DNA of 64,000 bases from Laetmonice hystrix (lineage: Eukaryota). Of the stretch, positions 26,220-39,232 are shown in pieces. The notes below the pieces were generated by a model. The model was not told the origin of the DNA. It saw only the letters and a list, made by a program, of their open reading frames with translations, and did not search any database. The stretch covers positions 34,226,001 to 34,290,000 of the forward strand of contig OZ249440.1 of assembly GCA_965235115.1 (NCBI GenBank), written 5' to 3'. The translations under genes and the position numbers were made by a program. Position 1 is the first letter of the stretch; every line of letters starts with the position of its first letter.

Positions 26220-26572
26220 GTTCCTTTCATTTCATGGTCTTTTAACCCTGTTTTTCGCCGTGAAGATGACCCCCGATGCGGGCACGGCGGAAAACCACCA
26301 CTACTCACTCACTCACTCACTGAAGGACCTTTTTAGCAATGTTAGACCAGGAGTGATTTTAGAGTTTTTGTCAGAGGCTGGACTTCTGACTCTTTTATAG
26401 TTCATGCTCGTCGATAGGCTGACAGGATGGAGTGTGTTTTAATGATATTCCCGTTGGGGCCCGGGATAAAATAGGTTCCTTTCATTTCATGGTCTTTTAA
26501 CCCTGTTTGCGCCGTGAAGATGGCCTCGGATGCCGACACGGCGCAAAACCACCACTACTCACTCACTCACTC
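26220..26572 (+). mobile_element. Two head-to-tail 5'-truncated LINE 3' ends with (ACTC)n tails
   Basis: 26220-26320 and 26321-26572 both match parts of 7144-7407. Confidence 0.9.
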
Positions 26573-27036
26573 GCTGGACCTCATGTATGGCTGCCTGCAT
26601 TGAGGTGGCGTCCCAACATTAAGCCATTGCTGAAAATGATAACAACACATCACTTCACACTTGTATATATATAATGTCTTTGATTAAATATGGTCTTTCA
26701 TTCTTTCTGTGGAGTGAGACACAAGGTTGTACATGTAACTGTAACTGTATGACTGTTATCTATAGGCGACCCAACATAGCAGGGGTGTAGGCAGAACTGA
26801 GATAAGGGGGGTTTCCAAATGAGATGGCGGGGGGGGGGGGGGTCCTAACCATAAATTAGATTTAGATCTATTTAGTTATTTAATTAGCTATTAATTATAT
26901 TTTTGGGGGAAGGGGGAAGGTTCGTTAGTTAGTTTTTCTGGGTTCATTTTTTCCTCGCGTGGGACAGTTTGGCGGTAAGCCCGGCCTTCTCCAGGTTTGA
27001 CTGCAGGAGGGCGTCAGGCTCATTGTTACAAGACTG

Positions 27037-27324
27037 CTAAGGGCCGACCTTTTTGCATCTGAACTCAGGCTCCTTCTTTGGCTTCAAGAAGAGCATTCTT
27101 GTTCGAACGGATATCACACCCCCCATAACGATGCCGCCTGGTACCTTTTCACGTACGCCCGTGTGAGGCCGTCCGAGGACTTGATGGCATACAAGGGCGT
27201 TAGGGTCAAACGCATTTGTGGGCTCATGATGGAGGGTGTAGCCTTCACCCACCGCCAGGCTCTTACCCCCATGGTGGCACATTCCTACCGCCCACAGTAT
27301 TAGCTCAGAGATGCCACTGCCCAT
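27037..27324 (-). pseudogene. Small ORF with a HIRAN-like motif
   Basis: LAVGEGYTLHHEPTNAFDPNALV...VLG resembles the HIRAN signature L.xEPxNxxDxNA. Confidence 0.5.
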
Positions 27325-28670
27325 AGACCAAAAATCAGGAAATGTGCTCAGCTGGAATGCAGTCTCATATCACCCACTCTGGCACTGAGAGTAACTAGTC
27401 CATCAACGGACCCACCAACGGCAAAGCCTGGGTAGGTCCATAAGGCAGTAGCTGTAGCAGAGCGCGGATTGGCTGTTCTATATATAGGAAAGTTCACCGT
27501 GACGTCATTTACAGGGATTCCCCCGACTCGGCCCCAGCCAGGGACTGGCAGAAAGCATGCTTGCTAGCACAGTGTAGAACTGTAGAACACTCACAACAAT
27601 ATTGGAAAAATATAATTATTAATATAGCAATGTGAAAGCATGACGGTCGCGAAGTTGCAGTGTCGACGGCGATGTAAACACCGCGACTAGCGACGGTACC
27701 CCTCGATCCCCTCACTCAACCTGGCCATGCATTGCAGGCTACACACACACTGACACAGTGTCAGGGCCAGGCCAGGCCGGGCGTCGTGGCTTTCTGGCCG
27801 GGTGTGTACCAGTGTCCGTCAGAGTGTCCGTTGAGGTTGAACTGACAAGCGTGTTTATCTGGTGTGGCGGAGCCGGGCAGATCTCTGTGAGCAGCGTTCC
27901 CGCGTTTCGACTGGTCCTCAGCTCTCTTGGTAAGAGGTCGGGGACCAGTCTCAATGTGCGCATGCGCACAACCACTTCCGTCGGGAATTCTGTACAAAAT
28001 GGCGTCTGGAAAATGGTGCTGCATTACAGTCCCACTCTGGGCACAGCGAGTGGACTGTTTCCGGTCTATGAGGGTAACCTCACCCGGCAACAGAGGCCGT
28101 CAATACAATAGTGACAGCACACTGGAGTGGGTTAATGCCGACACTTGACCAGCCTCCTCACTGACTGTATCACTCTCGTGGTGTGTCATGCCTTGGTTTT
28201 AACAGGTATGACAAGCAGGCACCTCGTCCTCATTCCGGTTGTTATATTACCTGACAGATTCTGTTTTTTTTGTGATTTTTGAAGTAGAATCCTTGTGTAC
28301 TGACACATTCAGCGCTGGGCCACTGCCATGTTGGATCATGCTTCAGTTACATTAAGCTGGTCCCCGGCTCACTCGCTAGGTGGCTCTGTCACACACAACA
28401 CAGTGATCGAGGCGAGTACCTTGTTAGGGTCAGAGCCGGGAACCAGCTTACAGTTACATGCATTCGGGAATCCTCGGCCATATCTTCGAAAGTAGCCTCG
28501 GGTGAAACAGGTGCCATTTTGAGCATTGCATCTCGGGTACATTTAGCCGGGACTCTCGACAGCATGGCAGTGCTTGCAGTATTTTGTCTGCATCAGGCAT
28601 GGAAGCAACTAAAATAGGCCTACAATGCTTTCCCCGAAGTCAGTGGGCAATATTACAATAGTATCATGTC

Positions 28671-28837
28671 CAGGCACGTACCCAGGGGGGGGGGGGTTCC
28701 AGGGGTTCCGGAACCCCCCCCCCCCCCCTGCCCCCTCCGGTCCCCAGGTCGACTGGTGCAAAAACACAGGTAGCCCCCGGGCAGCCCTCTTGTCCTAAAG
28801 GAACCCCCCCTTAAGCACAATCCTGGGTACGTGCCTG
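28671..28837. mobile_element. MITE with CAG-starting TIR and 5-bp TSD
   Basis: atgtc|caggcacgtacccagg...cctgggtacgtgcctg|atgtc. Confidence 0.9.
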
Positions 28838-31248
28838 ATGTCATGATACAACTTAAATTACAACATGATTACAAGTAGTCCTACCATGTGTCGGGCCAGT
28901 GTCGTACGCGTGTCGTATATGGGCCATATTGCTTCCCAGAATTTAATAAATTACATGTACCATATTGACGCCCATTTAGGTAAATTGGGTGATTCATTTT
29001 TCTTCTTCAAACGTTCCCCTTCATACCAGAAATTTATATTTGCACATACAACGCCGAAGGAGCGGGTGTCAATAATGCACTACTTCCTGGCTCGATGGGA
29101 TATGACGGTTCACTCAGTGCCTCGCTACACACCTCCATTTGGCGGTGTATCTGGTTGCCAAACATGGCCGCTATTCCACCCGAGGGTATATTCGAATAGC
29201 AGTAAGTGACGTCATATGCCCGAGGGAGTCCCGAATGAGTTACATGTACAACCTTGTGTCTCACTCCACAGAAAGTAGTCCCATATCATTGATCATTCCT
29301 CTGACTTTGAGTCCTATGTGACTGAAGAAGGTCATTTTTATTGATCAATATAGATATTAGTTCAGAGTTAAGATATCAGCACTTCATGGACTAACGTATT
29401 TCTAATGGGACTTGTCAAAGAACTGCCTGTTCACCCGCGCATGGATCTAGAACAGCCTCGCAGTTACCATGAATTTTAGCCAATGACAAGAGCGGATGAT
29501 TTCCTGACTTTTTAAAGGTCTGCATCCCATTGATATAACACTGGGAGCTATCCTGATTTTCAGGAGGATTTGTCAGGAAGCCGGAACTACACTCATAGCA
29601 GTCTCGGTCACCCGACTCTCTCTCGCTGTACGAGAGTCTGGGAAAGTTTGTGTCTGGCGTTTGTTCGTCACACGGTGGCGCAGTAGTCACGCCCCGTGCT
29701 CCATGTCGTAAGCGATCTCAGAGCAATCTTTGTTTTGGTCAGTTTGCCTGAATAAGATTGTTCTAGTATTATAACTAAGAATAAACAGTGTCGTGAGATG
29801 TCAATATGTTATTTAATGTCCAGCGTCAGTTACTGAAACATGAAGGGAGGGCTCGACCCGACTGCGGTTAGTTAGAATGTTCTAACCCTCGTCGGCAGAC
29901 CAGGCACCCGGGCGCGAGTCGCTGTCAGTGTCACTGTCAGTGTCGGACAGCCGACAATCAACTCGTAATTTTTCATATACTCACTGCGCTAGGAATCGTT
30001 ATCAAACGTACCACCCACAAACTAAGGCTTAGGCCTATGTTAGGAGCATAGCCTATATATTTTTAAAACCTCAGACCGGTGTAAAATTGTTAAAAAACGA
30101 GTGAATGGCTAGATTCTGTGGGACGCGTGCAACACGCCGGCAGGCCCGACGACGGGATCACCTGCTCACGCCCCGTCCGGCTTAATATTCCCACGCTCGG
30201 TCGCTGCATGCGACCCCCCCCCCCCCCCAATGCTCCGGCCCTTGATAGATTTTCGGTATGGACCAATCAGCTGCGAGCAAACCGGAAACTGGAACCGAGT
30301 AAACGGGCCGCTTACGGGCTCAACGAAACGAACAACTCTCAGATAGGAACTTTTCCAGACCCTCTGCTCGGGCCGCTGAGGGTCTGGATGATCGAGACTG
30401 CACTCATAGTGGAGCATACAGCTGCCCAGCCACTGGGGATGGCCAGATTAGTGACAGAAGCACTCAAAATAATTTCAACAGAATATAGTTGAATTTTTTG
30501 CCAGATTTAGTGAGAGAAATAATTTTAATACACTTTATACTCGAAAAATGGTTGAAAATTTATGATTCCCTGAAATATTATTGACAAAAACATTGGTAAG
30601 TGTCAGACTTTTTTTAAAGAAATCAAAAATCAGGATTTCCTGCAAAATCAGGAAAAGTGGCATCTCTGATTAGCTAAATAATATCGGGTTAAGAAATACA
30701 TATATGCAGGAAAGCCTACGACAATAACAACAACAGCAACAACAACAATAATAGGCCCTACACGGCGGATCCAGGAGGTAAAAGGGGAGATCACCCCAAA
30801 TGGATCTAAGATGTAGGCTAATCGGGGCGATCACGCCCCTTGAAAACCAAAGTATAGAAAAGTACCGCTTTTTAGACATGGTGATCCCCCTTATAATTTC
30901 CTTTCTGCTTCTTGTTTGTTTGCTATTTGATTTCAGCCCTCCCCCCTTTAGGAAATCCTTATCCGACTGTCAGGCCCCTATATAGGGATCAGCTCTGACC
31001 GTAGCTGCTAGAAATGTCTGAAGGGGGGCGGGAGAACCTTTTTGCTTTGAATAAGGGGGCAGCAGCATAGTCATTTTTCTCCGTTCAGTTTTATCTCTGA
31101 AGCAACAACTTTTTGGATTCCAATGGGGGGAGCTGCCCTCCGCCCCCGGTTGTGCTAGCTACGCGGGTCCTGCCTAGGCCTACAGATCTAGCATAGCCTA
31201 GGCCTTCTGCACACTCTGCCGTCCTGCCACTCCATCTCAACCTGGAAA

Positions 31249-31410
31249 GGGGCCGTTCAAAAATTACGTAACGCTATTTTGGGCCAAATCTGACACCCCC
31301 CACCCCCCCACCCCCCGTAACGCTTTTCAATGGTACTTCAGCACTGTCCGTAACGTTTGGACATACACCCCCCCACCCCCCCGAGCGTTACGTAATTTTT
31401 GAACGGCCCC
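31249..31410. mobile_element. MITE with GGGG-starting TIR and 3-bp TSD (Zator/Harbinger-like)
   Basis: aaa|ggggccgttcaaaaattacgtaacgc...gcgttacgtaatttttgaacggcccc|aaa. Confidence 0.85.
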
Positions 31411-32733
31411 AAATGACCACTTCAATTTCTGGGTGCTAATGGGGGCAAGTGCCCCCTGTGTCCCCCCCATCTGGATCCGCCTTTGCCTAAACCGGCGCTA
31501 TCATCCATGAGTCGGACAGTCAAACTCCACTGTCCGACTCTAGGACAAGGGATGTCCGACTTATGGACCAGGGCTGTCCGACTCATGGATGAATCACGCA
31601 AGTGACGAAATCGAATCAAACGAAGGACATACCAAAGTCATTCTACTATGAGTTTATCAAAATTTAAGTTAAATATACGTTTCTGTATAAAAACTACAAA
31701 AACAAAGTTGAAATCGCGGACAGGAAACCTTCATAATGACTTGTTTATGAGGCGGGAACGAACTTACGATTAGCAGTGTAGAAAGTTGCCACTAGAGTGA
31801 GCGCGGTTTGACGTTGACGTCTCTACAGATGCACCGCCTTGTGGAAAGGATTGTCAACTAAAAATCTCGCGAGATGTAGCATTGTTCGAGACCGGAAACA
31901 CATCAGTTTGTGGTAAAAACCAATGAGACGGGTCGTACGAAGACAAAAAATGGTTTGTTTATTCACTTGAATGTGTCCGACTCAAGGTACGTGTCCGACT
32001 CATGGGCAGTTTACCCTACAGTGCTCCCGTCCAAAGGCAGAACCTAGTAACTCACTTTTAATTGATTTCGAGAAAACAAAAGAAAACGTAATTTTTTTTA
32101 TATTAAAGTCCTGTCCATCCATGGAGATTCGATTACTGCTTGACAGATATCAACTGGATTTCATAATTCTAACCTGTAATTTTCATTCCGAATTTCCGTT
32201 AATTTTGGCAGGAAAATGAGTTAGGCCTACTGGGTTTTGCCATTGTAAATTGAGGCGGGCATCAGAAATATTACCAAGGCAAAAGTATATTTTTAAAAAA
32301 CTGCAGATTTATTCTCACAAAATGTTTGTACAACGTAATGCAAAGAGATTTACAGTAAGTCTTTGTGAGAACTAAAATAATGCACATGTTCTGAAATTTA
32401 GCTCCATTTACATGTTTGAGGCATTGATCTTGTGTCACAGTGGCGAAATGTCGAAAAAGTCCCCTTGTTTTGGTGACCCGAGTAAACACCCTAACACACC
32501 ACTCGTAAACAATGGATAACTTCGCGCAAAAAATAGTTCCACTATCCTTTAATAGTTGCTTCCGTATTTGGGGTATATCTGAATTGTAAATAAATTTGTT
32601 GGACTCCTTAGACCTTCCTCTATTCAGACAGGGTAGCTAGGAATTCCCATAAGTAGTAATTAAGAAAGTTGGAGAAAGCGTTTGATATGTGAGGAATCAA
32701 CGCATAAAAAGGCAGTGGTGGCAGAGACATAAG

Positions 32734-34297
32734 CTACGCGCAATGTCTCATCAGAGATTGCAATTTAAGTATACCCTCCTTCTTTGCCTGTGGAATGCCA
32801 CGTGGTTCCGCCCGCCAGAGGGGAAATTTCGCTGTCACATCGAACTTCGACTTAAAGAAATCAACTTCAGTGTACTGGTCACCAAAGTCCTCTTTGTACT
32901 GCATGGTATGCCTACCCTTTGTGAATTTTACTTCACATACATTTCCAAATAGTGGCATCGTTGTTTTTTCTCCACTACGAGCACGCTGTTGGCCGCTGAA
33001 TTCAAAGAATTCATTGTGTTCCATGACAACAGGTGTGATGGTCTTTGATGCTTTCTTACAAAGGTCTACAAAGTCATCAAACGAATATGTTTTCTTGGGC
33101 TTTCTGTCCTCATGAATATGTGCCCTTTCTGAAGATACTTTACAATTATCTCTTGTGGGCCCTATTCTTGGGCATTCACACTGTGTGCGAGGGCAGTATA
33201 GTGTCCAGTCTTTGTTCTGACCCCCACAGTTATCATCCCAGAAGAGCATGTTAGGGGAAGAATCAAGAACAATACATTTAATGAATGTGCTGGCAACATT
33301 CTGGGCCAATCTTCCAGATTTCCCCTCGTGCCATAACACATAATCTGGCTGACCTTCAGCCCCTATTCGCGCAAATGTCTCATTGAATACGATAAGACGG
33401 CTTACGAAGAAGCTCTCTTTCCTTGAAAGCTTGGACAAAAGTATTACCTTTTGCATGTCAACTGTATACACATTAAAGGTGCTATTCGTGAACAAAAATT
33501 CAATTTTTTTTATTTTTAATTTTGTTGACGTTTATGTGATCCCACCTATCATGGAAATAGATTCACAACAAAGAAAATCAAAATTTGTCATGGATAACGG
33601 CACAAATGGGGCTCTCTCAGAAGGCCTGTGGAGACCCTGACACGCCACACCATAGGAAATGGCTCTAACTCGGTGCGCACCGAGATAGGTTTCAAATGCT
33701 GCACACAAACTAATAGAAGGTTTATCAGGCCAATGGTATCGGTAGGAATTGTTTCTAGTACTATGAGCACAATGTATGATAGGAGAAATGCCATTCTGTG
33801 CGAGACGAATAGCATCTTTAAACCCTGCAGGGATTTCCTTCTGATATTCAATACAAGCCTTTGTATATGCATTTTCATGAGCATGGCCATCAATGCATAC
33901 CTCACATGTTTCTGAATCATGATCATCGTTACTTGATTCTTTGCAGTGCTGTGTATAAGAAAGGCAGTCCTTGCATTCATCCTGTGAGGGTTCACCAAAA
34001 CTTATGCGTTCAGTTTTAAACACTTTCCTGTAAACAGTAAAGTTCAAACGAGACCTTCTGTTTTTTTTCACAAAAATCGCTCCACATTGAAGTTATTGTT
34101 AGCCCGGCGATAAATAAGGCCTGAGTGGCTCACAACAGGGTGATAGGTATTGATATGCTCCCTTATCAAACTTCGATCAATCTTATTCGGAGGCTCATGA
34201 CGCCCCCTGCCCTCTGTTGTTGGGGAGACCGCACTATCAGGACTCTTGACTTTGGCATTAACATACTCAGTAATCATACCACCAGTTTTAATCTCTA
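32734..34297 (-). pseudogene. Sola1-type transposase (central and catalytic part), split by a Kolobok-like MITE
   Basis: GRGRHEPPNK...HINTYHPVVSH, YRKVF...ISFGEPSQDECKDC, VDMQKVILL...FFVSRLIVFNETF, WHEGKSGR and WDDNCGGQNKDW. Confidence 0.85.
33477..33817. mobile_element. Kolobok-like MITE, copy 2
   Basis: ttaa TSD at 33473-33476 and 33818-33821; removal restores IPAGFNVYTVDMQK. Confidence 0.9.
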
Positions 34298-35489
34298 GGG
34301 GAGGGTGGGGCATAACGGAACCATTAATTTTGACACTTTGTAACACATTTGTGCTTACGCTCAGGATCGTCATATCCAGGGATCCAATACATGTTTACGT
34401 CATCTTTAGAATAATAATGATGAAGAGTACCATACCTATCAACTTACTGATATAATGGACAACATATTTTTTCCTGGCAGAGGACCATTTTTCCCCATAG
34501 GTCGGGTAATATGGCACACCCCCATGGGGCAATATGGAACCCCCTGTTCCGTTTTGCCCCAGCTAAATCTAAATCTATAAAAGAATACTGAGGTCTTCAT
34601 GAAAACAAATGGTTTTGACAGACAACAATATTCAAAAATGGTTTATTCACCATTCACTAACTTAGTTATTGTTCAAGCAGAACCGTCTTCATACTTTTTA
34701 GATGAAGAAATTATGAAGATGAAAAAATTAAAATTGTGTTTAGATTTTCTGCACCATAGCCCTTTTAAAGAACATTAATTCTGAATAAAATTCTACCTAT
34801 AACTTTTATAATTCCAAAGTCAAACGTTTTTAACTCAACCATCGCAAATGTGTGGTTTGCACTGAATTTTCATAATACTTTTCAGAAGAGTCCCACAGAG
34901 TTCACAACATCTTCGAAATAGAACAATGTCAGACTTGTGGCTTTAATCGCAAAAATCGCAGACATAACCATCATCGCCATCTTCGATCCCAGCACAAGTT
35001 GGATGTGCCCATTGTTGGCACTGTGTACACTGGATCATGCTATCTTGCTTTGTCTCACTCCACATCTCCCCACAGTACATGCAGGGAACATCCTGTTCGT
35101 CATCAGATGAGGTGTCCTGATGGTCCGGTGTTTGACGGCTTCCTTTGGACTTCTTGGCCTGAGATGGTTCAATATGAATGCCCGTCAGGCTCCGTTTTTT
35201 GGCTTTCCCTCCCTTGTTTGAACTTCCCTTTCCAGCTTTCTTTCCTTTACCTCCATCATTCTTCTTGGCACTTTGTGCCTCTACGAGCATGGCTTTGTAT
35301 GAGCTACTTGTCAAAATGACAGTCTTTCCATGGCGTGCATTTGGACGTTTATTTGACTTGGTCGTAGCTTTGGGTGGCGGAGAAATATCGAAGGGCGACA
35401 GGTACTGGGACGAGTTTGGGGGCTGTGATGTACCTTTAGTTGCTGGACTAGCCTGCCGATCTGGATCTGGAACAGCAGAGGAGGTGGAA

Positions 35490-35900
35490 GGTTGAACAGG
35501 GACATGAGATGAAGTGGAAGGCAGCTGAACTGGGACATGAGATGAAGTGGACGGCAGCTGAACTGGGACATCAGGTGAAGTGGAAGGCAGCTGAACTCGG
35601 ACATCAGATGAAGTGGGCGGCAGCTGAACTCGGACATCAGATGAAGTGGGCGGCAGCTGAACTCGGACATCAGATGAAGTGGAAGGCACTGAGACATCAG
35701 ATGTAGCAGAGGGTTGAACTGGGATATAAGATGAAGTGGAGAAATGAACTGGGACATAAGATGAGGTAGAAGACTGGATTGGAGCAATAGACAAAGTGGA
35801 AGGCTGAGCCAAAACAGCAGACGAAGTGGACGGCTGAACTAGAACAGCAGATGAAGTAGAAGGCTGAACTAGAACAGCAGATGAGGTGGAAGGCTGAGGT
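35490..35900 (-). repeat. Coding tandem repeats (30- and 33-bp units) in the pogo linker
   Basis: SAVLVQPSTS and SDVRVQLPPTS units repeated in frame. Confidence 0.85.
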
Positions 35901-36448
35901 GTGGGTATGAATGACCCAGAATTTGTAGCATGATCTTCTTCTGTCTGAGTTCCAATGTCAGTGGGATCACAAGGCGCAAACTCGTGTGGCTGAAATATAT
36001 CCCTATTCATTGGGTATATCCCTGTCTTGCGAAAGCCATTCATAGCTGTTTAGACAGTTGCTGCTCTTGTATATGCATTTCCAAACAGCTCTGCCACCTG
36101 AAATGTAGTAACTACTCGCCCAAAGTTGTTGCGCAGCCATTTTTCCAACTCTTGATCGTAGTATTTTGAGACGGGCTTCATAAAACTCACATCCAGCGGC
36201 TGCATCTCATGGGAGCAGTGTGGCGGTAAACACAACAACTCCACGCCGTTATCCCTGGCAAGATCAATAACCTCGAGATTCCGAGTGTGGGTTGAGTGTC
36301 CATCTAAAATCAACAGAACGGGGTTTTCCTTGGTTGCCCCTGATACACGAATGAAATGCTTGAAGCAATCCACAAATATTTGCATCTGCATCCAACCGCT
36401 CTTATGACACGCGTATATAGATCCTGGTGGTCCCCCTTTCATCAACTC

Positions 36449-37572
36449 TGTGATATGTGTGTGAGGTAGAATGAAGAATGAAAATAGGAGGTTGCTAAAC
36501 TGGAGTTTGATTTTGCAAGAGTTCAATCTTGAAATTAAGCATATAAGAGGTAAAGATAATGTCATTGCCGATTGTTTGTCTCGATGTTAAGCTATTATAC
36601 ACCAAGTTGGTTGTGTAATATTTGCCAGTCATATGTGTGTTATAACTGTGTAAAGATTACATAGCACTTGTATAAAAAATTTTACAGGTAAAAATTTTTC
36701 TTTCCTAGAGGGGAGGTGTGATATGTGTGTGAGGTAGAATTCCTCAGTGCAGATTAGTTCTAATCCGCCGGGTGGCGCTGTGGTCCGGTCTGTTAGTTAC
36801 ATGTCCCGCCAGAGGGAGCTTGAGTAGGAGGTTCCGGGACCAGAAACTTCCGGTAATAGTTGGAATTTAGAAGGTTCTCAAACAACTAGAATTATCCAGT
36901 GACAGTCGAACATTCTACAACGAGAAGGTTCTTTAACTGAAGGTATATAAGCTGGTAGAACTAATGATGCGGGGAGACTTGCGTTGAGATCTAACAGAGA
37001 GTGTAGTTTAACGTTAGTGACTACGTTGGAACAAGACCTGATTGACGATTGTGAGATTGTGTATTATCGCTCAGTGTGGGATTACGAAAGCTGTCATATT
37101 TGGGCCTGGAGCAGTTTGTGGACAGTAGACTATAGCCTAAAGCTACAAGTCTTCAATTTGTGTGCTACTGAAGTTGGCGACTTCAATAGGAAGATTTATC
37201 CACGGATTCCTGGAGTACGTATCTGAACTTGTGTTGTGGACATTGTGCTTGTGACGACCTCGGAGGAAAACCACTGAAACTATATGTGAACTTTGGATTT
37301 ACGTGTGGACATTGGGCTTGTGAAATCCACGGAGGAAATCAACTAGAACTTTATTCGAACTCTGATTTGGATGGACTGAGAACGTTCTGGAATTGCAGAC
37401 GGGACAATAGACCACAATAGATGGTAGCAACATTCCAGAAGGTAACATACGGAGTTTTATGATTGTGAATCAGACCGTATTTTGTCATCATTGTGTAACT
37501 GTGAGGATTCATTAAATTGTTTTAAAATTAAATTCTGGGTGTTTGTCATCTACTGCCGTTGGCCATGTAACA
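36449..37572 (+). mobile_element. Internally deleted Gypsy-type LTR retrotransposon: 24-bp 5' LTR stub, RNase H end, PPT and full 3' LTR (36717-37572)
   Basis: TG...CA ends; 4-bp TSD actc; tgtgatatgtgtgtgaggtagaat at both 36449 and 36717; RRLLNWSLILQEFNLEIKHIRGKDNVIADCLSRC*; PPT agaggggagg; tatataa inside the LTR. Confidence 0.9.
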
Positions 37573-39232
37573 ACTCATTCTTCATCCTAACACGTGGAAA
37601 GATGAAGAGTGGGGGGATATATGTCCCTGTGACGTTCATGCACAGCTCAACTGTAACAAGCTGCCTGCGATCAGCTGACACTACGCCTCCCACCTGTCGC
37701 CTCCCCAACTTTGCAAGTACTTTGGAAGGTTTGCCAGGCACGGTTGTGATGCCAGTCTCATCGCAGTTGTAGATGCGATGAGGTGGAAACTTATGTTTTT
37801 CCATTAAGGATTCCAACAGGTCATGGAATTTCTTCACATTCGTTTGGTTGAATGCCCGTGCCCTTGCTGCTGAAGTGGCCTCAGGCTGTCTCAATGTCAG
37901 TTCTGGGTGTCGTTTCATGAAATGGTGCAGCCAGTCCTTACTGGCTTTTTGCTTTTCCTGGTTGAAAGGATTTGGCAAATTATTTCTTTCAGCTAGTTGG
38001 TAAGCTAGAATTCGAACATCTTTGGTTGTCTCCATCAGCAAAATGTAATCAACCAGGTCCTTCTCCATCTGCAGAGAGAATGTAGTCTGAAAAGACACAT
38101 AATTCTTTTAAGCGCATTATTTGCAGTAGCTTTAGTACATCAGTACCTTAGAAGATCAAAGAACCGCCTATACTAGAACTTGGATTTTGTCAAAATGGAT
38201 GACAGCGAATATTAACAAAAGAAGTCTTAGTAAAATATTTAAAGGTAACTAAGTTTTGAAATTTTAATAAATCTAAGTTTATTTTTCCGAATGACCGAAC
38301 ATTGAAAATAAAATGGTTCTTCACATTTATCTTTCACACAGATACTGGTAAAACCTTCGGCTTTTTGTTTTTTTTTATTTAAATTACTAAGTACCTTGTA
38401 ATGCCCCAGAACTTTCCCCGCGCCTGTGGCGTGCTTGTTCATATTTTTGAACCTCCTACGGAGTGTTGTTTTGGGGACCTTGAATTTGGCACATGCTTTT
38501 CTTATTGATGTACCATTATGCATGGCATCTATGGCCTTTTTCATTAACTCTTCGCTCCAGGACTGCCTGTTGGTTTTTCTAACATAGTTGCAGACCATGA
38601 TAAGGCCTGAAAGAAAAATGCATATTTAGTCCAAGAAAGGGACAAAATGTTTACAAATTGGGCATGTAGGCCTGCACAAAACAATGAAAAGTCAACATCC
38701 CATTTCCCTTCTGATAGGAGAATTTGATCATTAGGCCTATCCTATTAAAGAAAATATTTCCGCGATTATTTTTGGTTAAGGAATGATGATAATCAGCAGG
38801 CGGGGCAAAATGGAACACCAGGCAGGGCATAATGGAACACCGGTCCATTCTGCCCCATCTCATAATGGACCATTTTGCCTCAAGGTCATTTTAGTTGACT
38901 GGGACTCCACAGCCAGAAATCGGCTGGGAAGCTGTCGATCATATTCTTTGATTAGGCTAACTGAAACATTATCTTCACAGGCAAGGTTAGGTTTTTCGGA
39001 ATCTCTGATCATAATGGAAACTACCAACCTCAGAAAATGTGCTTACCTTAGATCAGAAGCGTCAAAATCATTTGGGCTTCTTGATATCCTGCCACGCTGG
39101 ACTTCCGACCTGGATATTTTGACGTTATGTCCTGGGGGCTAGACTCTATAATTACACAAAACGTCGCAAGGCGGCAGCACCTCCAAGGCATAGATCTATG
39201 GCTCCATGGTTCCATTTTGCCCCACTTTCCCC

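Larger units (their letters stand above)
34943..38598 (-). pseudogene. pogo-like transposase: Psq-HTH, CENP-B HTH, DDE_1, S/P-rich repeat linker and PHD finger; one GT-AG intron (38394-38087)
   Basis: SIRKACAKFKVPKTTLRRR; WLHHFMKRHP; IYNCDETG; LLILDGHSTH; LPPHCSHEMQPLDVSF; CMYC...CTQC...HPTC...VCDFC. Premature stop at 36050 and LTR insertion at 36449-37572. Confidence 0.92.
34298..39232 (-). mobile_element. pogo/Tigger-like (Tc1/mariner superfamily) element
   Basis: TIR ggggagggtggggcataacggaac versus the reverse complement of gttccattttgccccactttcccc; TA TSD at 34296-34297 and 39233-39234; removal restores Sola1 MHTVEIKTGGMITEY. Confidence 0.88.
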
